Source: Eledone cirrhosa (taxonomy: Eukaryota). From it: a stretch of 63,856 nucleotides of DNA. How positions within the stretch are numbered: the stretch's first letter is position 1; every line of letters starts with the position of its first letter. This document shows positions 1 through 12,947 of this stretch, one piece after another. A program made the position numbers and the translations under genes. The stretch is taken from NCBI GenBank assembly GCA_964016885.1, contig OZ024761.1, positions 28,458,001 to 28,521,856 on the forward strand. Direction: 5' to 3'. The notes below the pieces were generated by a model. The model was not told where the DNA came from. It worked only from the letters and a program-made list of their open reading frames with translations, and ran no database searches.

Positions 1-34
1 TATGTGTATATATGTATATATATATATATATAAT

Positions 35-372
35 GGAGGCACATGGCTTAGTGGTTAGAGCATTGTCCTTGCAATCAAAATGTTGTGAGTTCAATTCTCA
101 GACCGGGTGATGTGTTGTTTCCTTGAGCAAGACACTTTATTTCACATAGCTCCAGTTTACTCAGCTGTAGAAATGAGATGATAGGGACTGGGGTCCCTAT
201 CATTCCACTGCAAAGTGGACGTGGAGGTGCCACGGCAAAAAGCACCAAGCACTCACTGTAAATGCGGTTGGTGTTAGGAAGAGCAGCCAGCTGTAGAAAT
301 CAAGCCAGAATCAGTTCCCCTCCCACCCTTGCAAGCAGGGAAAAGCGGACGTAAAGTGATGATGATGATGAT
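35..372 (+). mobile_element. SINE family A (tRNA head + central domain + hairpin + RTE-derived tail)
   Basis: Box A-like TGGCTTAGTGG, box B-like GTGAGTTCAATTC, internal hairpin ATGATAGGGAC-TGGG-GTCCCTATCAT, RTE-type tail CCCTTGCAAGC..CGGACGTAAA(TGA)n; at least 6 similar copies in the window; flanked by (TA)n. Confidence 0.88.
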
Positions 373-476
373 ATATATATATATATCATATTTTATTAGA
401 ACATTAGAACAGAATAAAAGTTTAAGCTAGGAATTTCTACTTTCCTGCTGAGTGGAATCATCTGAAACTTGAGTCC

Positions 477-513
<37 letters not shown>

Positions 514-589
514 TTCTCCAAAATGGCCAACTGAATACGCATGCATTTTTCTCAGAAAAATGTCTTTTTCTGTTCCTTTCTCTTCCTTG

Positions 590-1380
590 CGTTGTCTCGA
601 TCAGAGACACCATTGTTTTTTTCATTTATATTAGTATATCTGTTAAATCATCAATGTGGATATTGTAGCATTGTAGAAATATAAAATGACTATCAATTTA
701 CAGTGAAATAGAACATTCATTAGAGGTTAAAATACCTTGGTATATCTGTTAAATCTCCTATGTGGATATTTATTGTAGCATTGTAGAAATATGTAATGAC
801 TTTATCAATTTACAGTGAAGTATAAATGTCATTGGATCTTAAAATCATGCAAAACCATTTTGCTGGTTCAAGGGCTGATGACAGTGAAGCTGTGTGTGTA
901 AATTTGTCTTGTACATTGCCCCACTTTATCTTTTGTTCTGGTCACTTCTGTGTGCCGATACACTTCTCCTTGTTCTCCTACTCTTTCAATCTTTTCTATA
1001 TTTCATCTTTCTGTCACCCACCTTGTGGATTGTCTCTCTGTTGACCACTGGCCTCTGGTCTCTGACCTTTGAGGCATTTTTGCCCATCACTTTCTTTGAC
1101 AACATTTGGCTGTTTTAACTGCTGTTCTAACGACGAGTTTTCTCATTTTTATATATATTCAAATACACTCTCGCTTCGTCTCAATCAGAGACAACATTGT
1201 TTTTTATTCATTTATCTTCATATATCTGTTAAATCTCCTTTGTGGATATCGTAGCATTGTAGAAAGATAAAATGACTATCTATTTACAGTGAAGTTGAAC
1301 ATTCATTAGAGGTTAAAATACCTTGGTTTATCTGTTAAATCTCATACGTGGATATTTATTGTATCATTGTGGAAATATGG
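590..1380 (+). repeat. ~210-bp direct repeat pair (about 590-800 and 1177-1380), each with an internal ~105-bp subrepeat, flanking a ~350-bp spacer
   Basis: Shared GTCTC.ATCAGAGAC...TATATCTGTTAAATC...GAACATTCATTAGAGGTTAAAATACCTTGG in both copies. Confidence 0.8.
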
Positions 1381-1749
1381 AATCAACTCGTTTGTAAAGA
1401 GAAGAAGTGAAATATGGCAGTGGATTGGCTGCAGAGGAGTTGAGAACATCAGACAGAATGTTGTGTGACAATTCTTCCAGATCTCTGAACTTCGAGTTCA
1501 AATTGTGCTAAGGTCAACTTTGCTTTTATCCTTTTGAGATAGATAAAATATCAATTGACATCATTGCTGTTGATGCCATTCTTCTTATTGCTGGTGCCAT
1601 TGTTGTTGTTGTTGCCATTATTGTTGTTGTAATAGTAATTTAACCCACAGTTCAGATCTGATTGAGTAGATATGTGATCAAAGATTTCAAAGCTGTGAGC
1701 ATTCAATATCTGTTTTCAAGAATGTTAAAATGTTCACTACCTCATGTGC

Positions 1750-2463
1750 CTAGCCTACACTGTAATGTGGTAGTGTTATTGACACATTAAAATGTACCGA
1801 GCCCACACTGTAAAGAGGTAGTGTTGGTGCTTCAATACAAAACATCAAGCCTACACTGTAATGTGGTACTGTTGGTGCTACATTAAAATGTACACAGCCT
1901 GCACTATACTGTGGTAGTGTTGGTGCTACATTAAAATATACACAGCCTGCACTATACTGTGGTAGTGTTGGTGCTACAATAAAATGAACCCAGCCCACAC
2001 TGTAATGTGGTACAATTGGTGATACAACAAAATACACTCAGCACATACTGTAATGGAGATAGTACCACACTAAAATACACCCAGCCCCCTCTGTTACATG
2101 GTACAGTTGGTACTATGATAAAATGCACCTAGCCCACACTGTAATATGGTAGTGCTGGTGCCACAATAAAATGTACCCAGCCAACACCCTAATGGTGATG
2201 GTCCCACAATAAAATATAGTCAGTACACACTGTAAAGAAGTAGTGCTGGTACCAAGTGAATCCTGTCAGGTGTTAGTAATGGTGGCACATAAAAACAAAC
2301 TAGGTATATACTGTGAAATGGTTGGGGGTTAGAAAAGGGTGTACACGGCTGTAGAGAAGATGACAACCATGGAACATATGAGTAAGTTCAGAATTTGACG
2401 ACCCATCTAACCCATGCAACCATGGAAAATAAATAAACATAAAACAATGATGAACATGATGAT
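1750..2463 (+). repeat. Diverged 48-bp minisatellite (~10 units, 1750-2250) running into an old RTE-type 3' tail (2280-2463)
   Basis: Unit CAGCCCACACTGTAA.GTGGTAGTGTTGGTGCTACA.TAAAAT..AC; 16-aa periodicity in ORF 1750..2037; ends with CCATCTAACCCATGC...ATGATGA like the RTE tail at 58740-58810. Confidence 0.75.
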
Positions 2464-2519
2464 ATATATAAATTAGGAATTTATCAATGTTGTATTCACA
2501 CGATAGCAACATGAGTGAA

Positions 2520-2524
<5 letters not shown>

Positions 2525-2574
<50 letters not shown>

Positions 2575-3097
2575 TGTGAGTGTGTCTGTATGTGTGAGTG
2601 TCTGTGAATGTATGTATGAATGTGTCTGTGAGTGTGTGTGTCTGTGAGTGTGTCTGTATGTGTGAGTGTCTGTGAATGTATGTATCAATGTGTCTGTGAG
2701 TGTGTGTGTTTGTGAGTGTGTCTGCTTGTGTGAGTGCCTGTGAATGTATGTATGAATGTGTCTGTGAGTGTGTGTGTGTCTGTGAGTGTGTCTGTATGTG
2801 TGAGTGTCCGTGTGTGTGTTTTTGTGTGTATGAGAGCGTGTGTGTATGTGAGTGTGTGTCTGTGAGTGTGTCTGTGTATGTATGTGTAAGTGTATCTGTG
2901 TGTGTATGTGTGTGTAAGTGTGTCTCGGTGTGTGTGTGAGTGTATGTGACTGTCTGTGCATATCTGTGTGTGTCTGTGAGTGTGTGTGTGTATGTGTGTG
3001 TATGTGTGTGTAAGTGTGTCTTGGTGTGTGTGTGAGTGTATGTGACTGTCTGTGCATATCTGTGTGTGTGTATGAGTGTGTCTGCCTGTGTGTGTGA
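2525..3097. repeat. (TG)n and degenerate TG-rich satellite
   Basis: Direct inspection. Confidence 0.9.
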
Positions 3098-3160
3098 ATA
3101 TATTGACATATATTTTCTCTTTGAAATCTAAACTGTATCAAACATCAATTTCCATGTCTC

Positions 3161-4325
3161 CACTACAACACCACAGAAACTCCTAACTACTACACCACAT
3201 AAACTCCCCACTACTACACCATAGAAACTCCTCACTACTACACCACAGAAACTCCTCACTACAACACCACAGAAACTCCCCACTACTACACCACAGAAAC
3301 TCCCCACTACTACACCACAGAAACTCCTCACTACTACACCACAGAAACTCCCCACTACTACACCACAGAAACTCCTCACTACTACACCACAGAAACTCCC
3401 CACTACTACACCACAGAAACTCCTCACTACTACACCACAGAAACTCCCCACTACTACACCACAGAAACTCCTCACTACTACACCACAGAAACTCCTCACT
3501 ACTACACCACAGAAACTCCCCACTACAACACCACAGAAACTCCTCACTACTACACCACAGAAACTCCTCACTATTACACCACAGACACTCCTCACTACTA
3601 CACCACAGAAACTCCTCACTACTACACCACAGAAACTCCCTACTACTACACCACAGAAACTCCCCACTACAACACCACAGAAACTCCTCACTACTACACC
3701 ACAGAAACTCCTCACTACTAGACCACAGAAACTCCTCACTACTACACCACAGAAACTCCCCACTACTACACCACAGAAACTCCCCATTACTACACCACAG
3801 AAACTCCTCACTACTACACCACAGAAACTCCTCACTACTACACCACAGAAACTCCTCACTACTACACCACAGAAACTCCTCACTACAACACCACAGAAAC
3901 TCCCCACTACTACACCACAGAAACTCCCCACTACTACACCACAGAAACTCCCCACTACTACACCACAGAAACTCCTCACTACAACACCACAGAAACTCCC
4001 CACTACTACACCACAGAAACTCCTCACTACAACACCACAGAAACTCCTCACTACTACACCACAGAAACTCCTCACTACTACACCACAGAAACTCCTCACT
4101 ACTACACCACAGAAACTCCTCACTACAACACCACAGAAACTCCTCACTACTACACCACAGACACTCTTCGCTACTACACCACAGAAACACCCCACTACAA
4201 CACCACAGAAACTCCTCACTATTACACCACAGAAACTCCTCACTACTACACCACAGAAACTCCTCACTACTACACCACAGAAACTCCTCACTACAACACC
4301 ACAGAAACTCCCCACTACTACACCA
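3161..4325. repeat. 24-bp minisatellite, ~48 copies (CACTACTACACCACAGAAACTCCY)
   Basis: Direct inspection; 8-aa periodicity (CGVVVRSF) in ORF track. Confidence 0.97.
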
Positions 4326-4640
4326 TAATCGAGTAAAAGGCAAAAATAAAAAAAATATAACAATACAAATTCCCTAATTGGGGCAAGAACCACCCAGAAG
4401 TGACTCACACAAGAACCCCACCAATCCTGAACCACCCGATACTCTGAGAGCACCCCAGGAGGGCACATCTCTCCTCTTCAAATCAACCAGCATACAAGCA
4501 CATGCTGAGAGCAGGTTCATTCACACAGGCCATTCTCATAACATTCACCCACCCTCTAGCAAATGTACTGGGGGGGGGGGGGGGACACAGCACTTCCCTC
4601 TCTACCCTCAGCTTCCTTTCCAAGTGAAACTTGAAAAAGT

Positions 4641-4830
4641 AATAATTGTTTCTACGTTAGGCACAAGGCCAGCAAATACCCAGTGCATTACTGGTACTTT
4701 ATTTTATCGACCCCGTAAGGATGAAAGGCAAAGTTAACCTTGGCGGGATTTGAACTCAGAATGGCAAGGGCCGTAACTCTATATGTCAAAGCATGGCATC
4801 CGACCCTCTACCGATACTGCCAATCCACCG
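4641..4830 (-). mobile_element. SINE family B copy
   Basis: On minus strand: TTGGCAGTATCGGTAGAG head, box B-like GAGTTCAAATC, GTTAACTTTGCCTTTCATCC..GGGGTCGATAAAATAAAGTACCAG body, (ATT)n tail; near-identical to 48183-48358. Confidence 0.85.
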
Positions 4831-5661
4831 ATAATAGACGACAATATATCTTCCAAGGAAACTCTCCAAATATAAAGATCTAGAGATAGAAAAATTCCCC
4901 AAATGGGGGGAGACTTCTGAGGGCCATCGAAAGCCCATTAAAAAAAACCCATGGAGACCCTGACCATCAGGGCAAGTGCCCTCTCCCAGTTTTCCACCTT
5001 CAATTTACAGGCATATACTCAGAGTAGGTCCATTCACTCAGGCCATTCTTGCCTCTCTCAGCCATCTTTCAACAAAATGCTGGGAAAAATAATAATAATA
5101 ATAATACAAAAATTAAGAAAATAAAAAGAATGAAATAAATAAATATAAAAAATATTTAAAAATAATAGAAACAAATAAAATTTTTTTTGAATGGCTGGAT
5201 ATGTGTTGGATTGCGTGGATAGGGAGGGATAGTTGGAGGGAGAGGGTTAGTGGAATGGAGGGGGGGGGTCTACATTTTTGGATATCTTTATTCATGTTGT
5301 TTGTTCGTTCTTTCTTCTTTGCCACATTCGTCAGATATTCCATGCATAACAAATATAGAATAAATAGCTATTTTAGAAATAATATTTATAAGAGAAATAT
5401 TAATACAAGTGTACATATGTGTGTATGTGTGTGTGTGTGTATATATATATGTATGTATATGTATATATATAATTCAGGTGAAAAACCAAAGATAACATTT
5501 CAAATCATTATATATATATATATATCTAGGAGTGTTATATAGATGCTATACACATACGTAATAAATGTATACATGTTATATATATAGAATACATATGTAG
5601 CAATATATCCTATTTTTCATATATATATGTGTGTGTGTATATATATATGTATATATATGTA

Positions 5662-6553
5662 TCATCATCATCATCATCATCATTTTACGTCCGCTTTTCC
5701 ATGCTTGCAAGGGTGGGACGGGTCTTATTCAGCACAGCATCTCTCCACTCGTCACGGTCCCTCGTCATCTCCACCGTGAGCTTCAATGATCTGAGGTCTG
5801 TTCTCACCACCTCCGCCCATGTTTTTCGTGGTCTACCTCTACCACGTCTTCCTTCCACTGGCATTTCCTGGCACTTCTTCACCCATCGGTCATCCTCCAT
5901 GCGCATCACATGTCCATACCATCTCAGTCTCCTCTCCCGTACACTACATTCTATCCCTCTCAGACACAGTCTCTCTCTCAACACATTTATGCTGGGTCGT
6001 TCACGCACATTTACACTGCACATCCAACGGAGCATGCTTGCCTCATTTCTCTCCAGCCGTCGCATATCCTCTGCAGTTGCTGCCCATGTCTCACTACCAT
6101 GCAGCATCGCGCTCCTCACACAGGCATCATACAACCGGCCTTTCGTAAGCAGGGAGAAACCCTTCTTCGTCAACAGAGGAAGCAGCTCCCTAAACTTCTT
6201 CCAACCTGTCCTTATTCTAGATACTATGGCCTCGGAACAGCCTCCTCCCATGCTAATCTGATCTCCTAGGTACCGGAAGCTATCCACCACTTCTATAGTG
6301 CCCTCTTGCATTTGAAAAATGTGTCTATCAGTGCGACTTCTACTGTCTAATTTCCCTGTACATCTACTGCATACATATTTCTCCCTACCTGTTAGTTTGC
6401 CTGCTATCCCGCTACATCTCTTGTGTACCCAGGATCTGCACTGTGTGCATTTTATAGAATTTATGCCAGTTCCTTTTCTGCATATCGAACATGGCCATTT
6501 CCCTGACGGAATCAGGGTTTTGTCCTCTTTTCTACTCATCAACACTTTTGTCT
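5662..6553 (-). mobile_element. RTE-clade LINE family A, 5'-truncated 3' fragment (PHD-like finger + RT thumb/C-terminus, (TGA)n tail)
   Basis: ORF 5685..6545: C4HC3 finger [52 protein letters not shown]; tail (TGA)n; flanked by (TA)n. Confidence 0.95.
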
Positions 6554-6568
6554 TAGCTAGATATATAT

Positions 6569-6693
<125 letters not shown>

Positions 6694-6849
6694 TATATAC
6701 AGTATTTTCCGTTGTGTTGTAATATAAATATTACACACAGTAGATTATCAGCTCACGTAGAGTTTGCTCGACGGTTCCAGTTGTAGTTCCAAAAGTAATC
6801 CGGAGAAAAATAGAAAGATTTGAATGGATACAGTTTAGTTGAAAGGAAT

Positions 6850-6966
6850 TTATTGACACGTGTTTCTATAACAGTTACATAACCTAAAACAGCTATCTAC
6901 AAACTTTTAGTTATGCAGACATTCAATATTTCAATGTTATTATTTACTGTCATTTCATCAGAATAA
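6850..6966 (-). ncRNA. Hammerhead ribozyme-like motif with long stem II (putative Penelope-like pLTR)
   Basis: Minus strand: TTATT-CTGATGA-A-ATGACAGT...ACTGTTAT-A-GAAAC-ACGT-GTC-AATAA; stem I TTATT/AATAA, palindromic stem III, GUC cleavage triplet. Confidence 0.65.
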
Positions 6967-7556
6967 TATTACTGAGGACCTATTTAGTTTTTATAGAGAA
7001 TATTAGGAGGAAGGGGTGAAGTTGTTAGAAGAATAGTTGAAGGAGTGGTTTTTCGATAGCAGTGAGAATTCTTGGTGGCAGTGATTAATTAGATTCCCAT
7101 CTGTTGTTTTGACATTTTTTATAGAATATATTATTGGTTATTTTTCTAAATCTATAGAAGGATTAGAGATAGTAAAGATATGCGTGGTTGGTTTTGTGTT
7201 TGCACTTAACATTCAGACTTAAATTTTTCTTTCAAGTGTACGTATTCTTTCACCCACGCATTCACACACAAATATATTTGCACACCTCTACAAAATATAT
7301 ATACTCACAATTCACATATTCATACTTACATATATATACACATGCATACACATATATATACACAGATGTATTCATGTACATACATACGCGCTCATGTGTA
7401 TACATTTTCATACTCAACTTATCTTTATATATACACACGTATAGACACACACATATATACATACATACTCTAGTCCATGTGTACACACATACACATACAT
7501 ACACATCCATATACACATACATACATACACATATATATATACATATATACATATAC

Positions 7557-7589
<33 letters not shown>

Positions 7590-7612
7590 CACATACATAT
7601 ATACACACATAT

Positions 7613-7645
<33 letters not shown>

Positions 7646-8037
7646 AGCACTTTAATACATGAATACACTTACATCTAACTATACACATCAAACATATATA
7701 TATATTTACTTATTTATATACATTTTCACATATATATACATACTTATGGACGTTTTTAGACACATTCATTATCGCATATTTGTACCTATTCTCATCAGCA
7801 TATCTTTTCATTATTAGTATGGTAATTTAAGGTTATTAATATATGTTGAAAAGAGATTGTTTTTATATTTTTCTAACTAGATTAAGGTTTATATAGTTGG
7901 GGGATGTCCCTCTTTTATGTAATATTCGGCTTGTAGTGGGAAAAAAGGGTTTTAGTTCTGTGACGGCAGAATAATGTTCGTTCAATTCTGTTATTCAGCA
8001 GTTTCTTCTTGTGTGTGATTATGTAATAAATCTCAAG

Positions 8038-8069
<32 letters not shown>

Positions 8070-8098
8070 ATATTTATATGTATATATATATGTATGTG

Positions 8099-8130
<32 letters not shown>

Positions 8131-8133
8131 TGT

Positions 8134-8436
8134 GGAGACACATGGCTTAGTGGTTAGAGCATTGGCCTTGCAATCGAAAGGTTGTGAGTTCATTTCTCAG
8201 ACCGAGTGATGTGCTGTTTCCTTGAGCAGGACACTTTATTTCACATTGCTCCAGTTTACTCAGCTGTAGAAATGAGATGATAGGGACTGGGGTCCCTATC
8301 ATTCCACTGCAAAGTGGTCATGTAGGTGCCATGGCAAAAAAGCACCCAGCACTGACTGTAAATGAGGTTGGTCTTAGGAAGCGCATCCAGCTGTAGAAAT
8401 CAATCCAGAATCAGTTTCCGTCCCACCCTTGCAAGC
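8134..8436 (+). mobile_element. SINE family A copy (tail truncated)
   Basis: Aligns by eye to 35-372. Confidence 0.87.
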
Positions 8437-8750
8437 ATATATATATATCAAATTAGGTAGTAACATGTCCTTACTAACTAGAATTATCTCACATAATATC
8501 GAATATACGAGATTTTGATATTACCTATGTTGAGAACAATACCTTAACATAAATATGAGCAGCTGGTTTGAAAAGTAAAAGGTGAGAGAATTCTGGCTGG
8601 AAATGGCCAGTTTAAATGCTAAAGGGTTAAAAGTTCTGGATAGAGTGCTTAGCTCAGAGATCAGGGTGTCACTCCAAATAGAGCTGCTGCATCTGTCCAT
8701 CAAGAGAACACAGTGATAGTACTACAGATATGCAGTTAGAATGTCTAAGG

Positions 8751-9134
8751 CAATGGTTCCTAAAGTGGGTTTTGCAGAACACAAGGATTCCGCAAAGGAA
8801 TGTCTGGGGTTCCATGAAAAAAGATGGAGGAGTATATTTATATAACTGTTTCTAATTTTGGCACAATGCCAGCAATTATCCAGTATATTACTGGTACTTT
8901 ATTTTATCGACCCCATAAGGATGAAAGGCCAAGTTAACCTCAGCGGGATTTGAACTCAGATCATAAAGGGACGTAACTATGCTGGAAAGCATATCCAACC
9001 CTCTACCGATACTGCCAATTTACTGCCCTTTTATATTTATATAACGACCATATAACAGTATTAGACTTTGGGGTTCCCCCAAAAGTTTCTGAACCAATAG
9101 AGGTTGCATGTTTGAAAAATTTTAGGAAACCCTG
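8751..9134. mobile_element. hAT-type MITE interrupted by a SINE B insertion
   Basis: Imperfect TIRs CAATGGTTCCTAAA / TTTAGGAAACCCTG; 8-bp TSD GTCTAAGG at 8743-8750 and 9135-9142. Confidence 0.85.
8847..9031 (-). mobile_element. SINE family B copy with 14-bp TSD
   Basis: SINE B sequence; TSD TATATTTATATAAC at 8833-8846 and 9032-9045. Confidence 0.88.
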
Positions 9135-9433
9135 GTCTAAGGAAAGAATTGCAGGAGAGATTTTATAGGAGAAATAAAGTCAATCTATAATTTCTATCCA
9201 TTAGCTACTTCCTGTATTGTCTTTACTCATCCTTCTTGTTAAAAAGACAACAGGGTGTAATGATGTGTTGGTTTATTTACTTATAGTAAAACTGTTACAT
9301 TGTGTAATCTACCAGGGTGAGCTAACATGTTTTCACAGTATGTGTGTGCGAATAGATGTGTATACATATATATATATAAAATAAAGTAATTAAGTCAAAT
9401 ATTTAAGATTTGGCTTCGTTTATTAAAGATGTA

Positions 9434-9486
9434 CTGCTATATATATTTTGGTGACAGCCATCATTGGCTGTGACCTCTTCAGGCAG
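9434..9486 (-). ncRNA. Degenerate hammerhead ribozyme motif (GAAA mutated to AAAA)
   Basis: Minus strand: CTGC-CTGAAGA-GGTcACAGCCA-ATGA-TGGCTGTcACC-AAAA-TATATA-TA-GCAG; stem I CTGC/GCAG. Confidence 0.6.
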
Positions 9487-10029
9487 TTCGAATTGGTGTG
9501 CAAGAGACAGGTACACATGTTGTTAAAGTGTTTTACTCCATCAATACTCCGATATGTCCAGCTCCTGGTTGGGTTGTTATTTCTCTGAGGAACTGGAATC
9601 AAACCAACCTGCGTACTTCGTCGAGTGCTCCAATCTGCACACTGAGGTGTCGGTAAACAACCAACATATACTCAAAATTTATATTATATATATATATATA
9701 TACACCTAAATACTGTCTATTTCTCTCACTTTCTATGATGTGCATATATATATCTATATATATATGGCAATGTGCGTATGCAGCTGTGAGTTTGTAATAG
9801 AATTACACAGAAACATTGTCATCACATGCTGGTAGTTTGCTGGCTCTAATAAGGTTTCTTTGTAAGACAAAACAGATTAACTATTTCTTAATTACAATGG
9901 AACATACATGCAGGAACTAATATATATATACACACACACACACCGGAACAAATACATACACACAGAGTAACAAATACATACACACATACAGGAACAAATA
10001 CACATGCACACATGCATGTGTGGTGATGG

Positions 10030-10176
10030 ATACATATATATATATATATACATATATTCATATATATATATATATATATGCATATATATATATGCATATA
10101 TATATATATATGCATATATATATATATATATGCATATATATGTATATATACATATATATATATATACATACATATA

Positions 10177-10214
<38 letters not shown>

Positions 10215-10264
10215 TATATATATACATATATATATATATGCATATATATATATATATATATATA

Positions 10265-10298
<34 letters not shown>

Positions 10299-10312
10299 TA
10301 TATATATATATA

Positions 10313-10350
<38 letters not shown>

Positions 10351-10446
10351 TATATATATTTATATATATATATGCATATATATATATATATATATGCATA
10401 TATATATATATATATATATATATGCATATATATATATATATATATA

Positions 10447-10528
<82 letters not shown>

Positions 10529-10544
10529 TATATATATATATATA

Positions 10545-10600
<56 letters not shown>

Positions 10601-10636
10601 TATATATATATATATATGCATATATATATATATATA

Positions 10637-10698
<62 letters not shown>

Positions 10699-10734
10699 TA
10701 TATATATATATATATGCATATATATATATATATA

Positions 10735-10787
<53 letters not shown>
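10030..10787. repeat. Long (TA)n microsatellite punctuated by TGCA
   Basis: Direct inspection. Confidence 0.95.
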
Positions 10788-10789
<2 letters not shown>

Positions 10790-11999
10790 TACATACAGCA
10801 AAGGGTAAATTGCAAAATACAAACTGAAATATACTTTAATTTCCCAAGTCAGGTAGAACAAATTGACAAATTACTTTATATATACATATATTTATACACA
10901 TGTATCCATACATACATACATGTGTATGCATGTATATATGCATGTATGTGTGTATGTATGTAATTATGAATGATATAAAAAAAAATTGGTATGGAAGACA
11001 TGAACGTGAATATTACTAAAAGTTCAAATTAAACATGCATGTGAATGAAAATAGAAACTTTATAGTTAATAGAGAATGAATCCTGCATGGTAACAGTCTA
11101 GTGAAATTATTAATATACTGAGCAGAAAAATATTGAGACAATAATTCTAGGCCAAAGTTTCGTATTGGATTAATCAAACAATCTCTCGGCTTATCTTTAC
11201 CTGTATAAACATTCTTTTATCAACCCTGATATAAAAAAAATATATTTATTATATATATTCATTGCAGCACTATTCAAATATAGTTGGTTCTTGAGGGAGA
11301 CTAAACCTACAAAAATTCCATACCCCATGCACTGTACTTGACTATGAATCTTCACATCCCCAGCATAGAATCTTTCAGCCATAACTGAGTTGTCAATTTT
11401 TTCTAACTTGAAAAAATATATACACTTTGATTTGTTTTTCCCTGCCAAATACTCAATATAAAATCAGAGCTTTCATCAGCCTGTAAACACACTCCCCAAA
11501 ACATACTTTACAACTATGAATCTCCAAAGAGATAATCCATCAAATGCTTAGAAATTGTTGCAGTTTGATTTCGGTGTCACCTTTTATAATTTGTTATCTG
11601 CATTTCTAGAATCTCCTCTTCTTTGAAACAATTTTATTCCTTTAAATGTGAATAATTTATTCACTTTTAACCATAAATTTCCATCATTCAATACACTGAT
11701 ACATATATTTAAACACCTGACTTTCTATACCCATTTATTTTCATTTCTGCCTATTTTGATGTTAGACCTGTGTTCTTACATAAGATTATAATGCAAACAT
11801 TTTAGATATATATATAAGCACTTTAAAATAAACAGTTTTATATCATAGAACCAGGGGCAGTTTTAGACAGTTTGATATCAAAAGAGTTAAGCTGGTGTTT
11901 GGAGCATGACTTAAAGGTAGGTTCTTACATAAAATTATAAAGTGTTTTAGATAAATACAAGCACTTTAAAATATACAGTTTTGTATCATAGAACAGAGG

Positions 12000-12212
12000 G
12001 GTGGTGTGTTATGGTTTTGAGTAAAACACTTTATTTTACGGTGCTCCAGTACACTCAGCTGAAAATAATACCAGCAATAGCCGGGGAGTCAACTCAGTGA
12101 TGAACTGGCATCCTGTCCAGGGAAAAGCCTTGTATTCTCCATCAGTTAACACCAGAGAGGCCAGAATAAACACTGACTTGATGAGCCTCTAGACTTGTGA
12201 CAGACTTTAACT
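12000..12212 (+). mobile_element. Old SINE fragment sharing the family A central domain but with a different tail
   Basis: TTGAGTAAAACACTTTATTTTACGGTGCTCCAGTACACTCAGCTG resembles the SINE A core; distinct 3' end GATGAGCC...AGACTTTAAC. Confidence 0.5.
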
Positions 12213-12246
12213 ATTGTTTATGTAGTTATTATTATCACTATCACTA

Positions 12247-12443
12247 GGGTGGTAGATTGGCAGTATCGGTAGAGTGTCAGACAGCATATTTTGCAGCATA
12301 GAGTTATGGCCCTTTGCGTTCTGAGTTCAAAATCCCACCAAGGTTAACTTTGCATTTCATCCTTACGAGGTCGATAAAATAAAGCACCAGTGATGCACTG
12401 GGGTAATTGCAAGCCTTGTGTCTAAAGTAGAAACAATTATTAT
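12247..12443 (+). mobile_element. SINE family B copy
   Basis: Full head-to-(ATT)n tail match to other B copies. Confidence 0.85.
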
Positions 12444-12718
12444 CACAATCACTCCATAGCAAATGTATAACAATCATATTGGACTCATTACTTGTAAAAC
12501 GGCAGCAACACACACTAACATCACTCCACCCAGAAGATGAGACTGACAAGATCAAGTAATGCTGATGATGGATTTGAAAGCTTTACTGTTCCAGAACATA
12601 TTGCAAGTAATTCATGTGAAAATATGATAGAACTGTGATAAAACAATGAACACAGAACTTAAATGCATTGTTAATATGACAGAACTAAATGAAAAGCTGC
12701 CCCCCATATATTATATAC

Positions 12719-12749
<31 letters not shown>

Positions 12750-12751
12750 GG

Positions 12752-12804
<53 letters not shown>

Positions 12805-12894
12805 ACCTCTCTCTCTCTATATATATATGTGTGTGTGCGTATATATCTATATCTATATATATCTATCTATCTATATATATATATATATATGCAC

Positions 12895-12947
<53 letters not shown>

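Noticed and set aside
35-110. tRNA gene
   Set aside because: A and B boxes belong to a multi-copy SINE head; no convincing cloverleaf.
3128-4468. 446-aa and 386-aa repeat ORFs
   Set aside because: A 24-bp minisatellite open in several frames; no splice or codon evidence.
11197-11448. 83-aa non-repetitive ORF
   Set aside because: TTG start and no recognisable domain; only a micro-exon candidate within it was kept as a weak finding.
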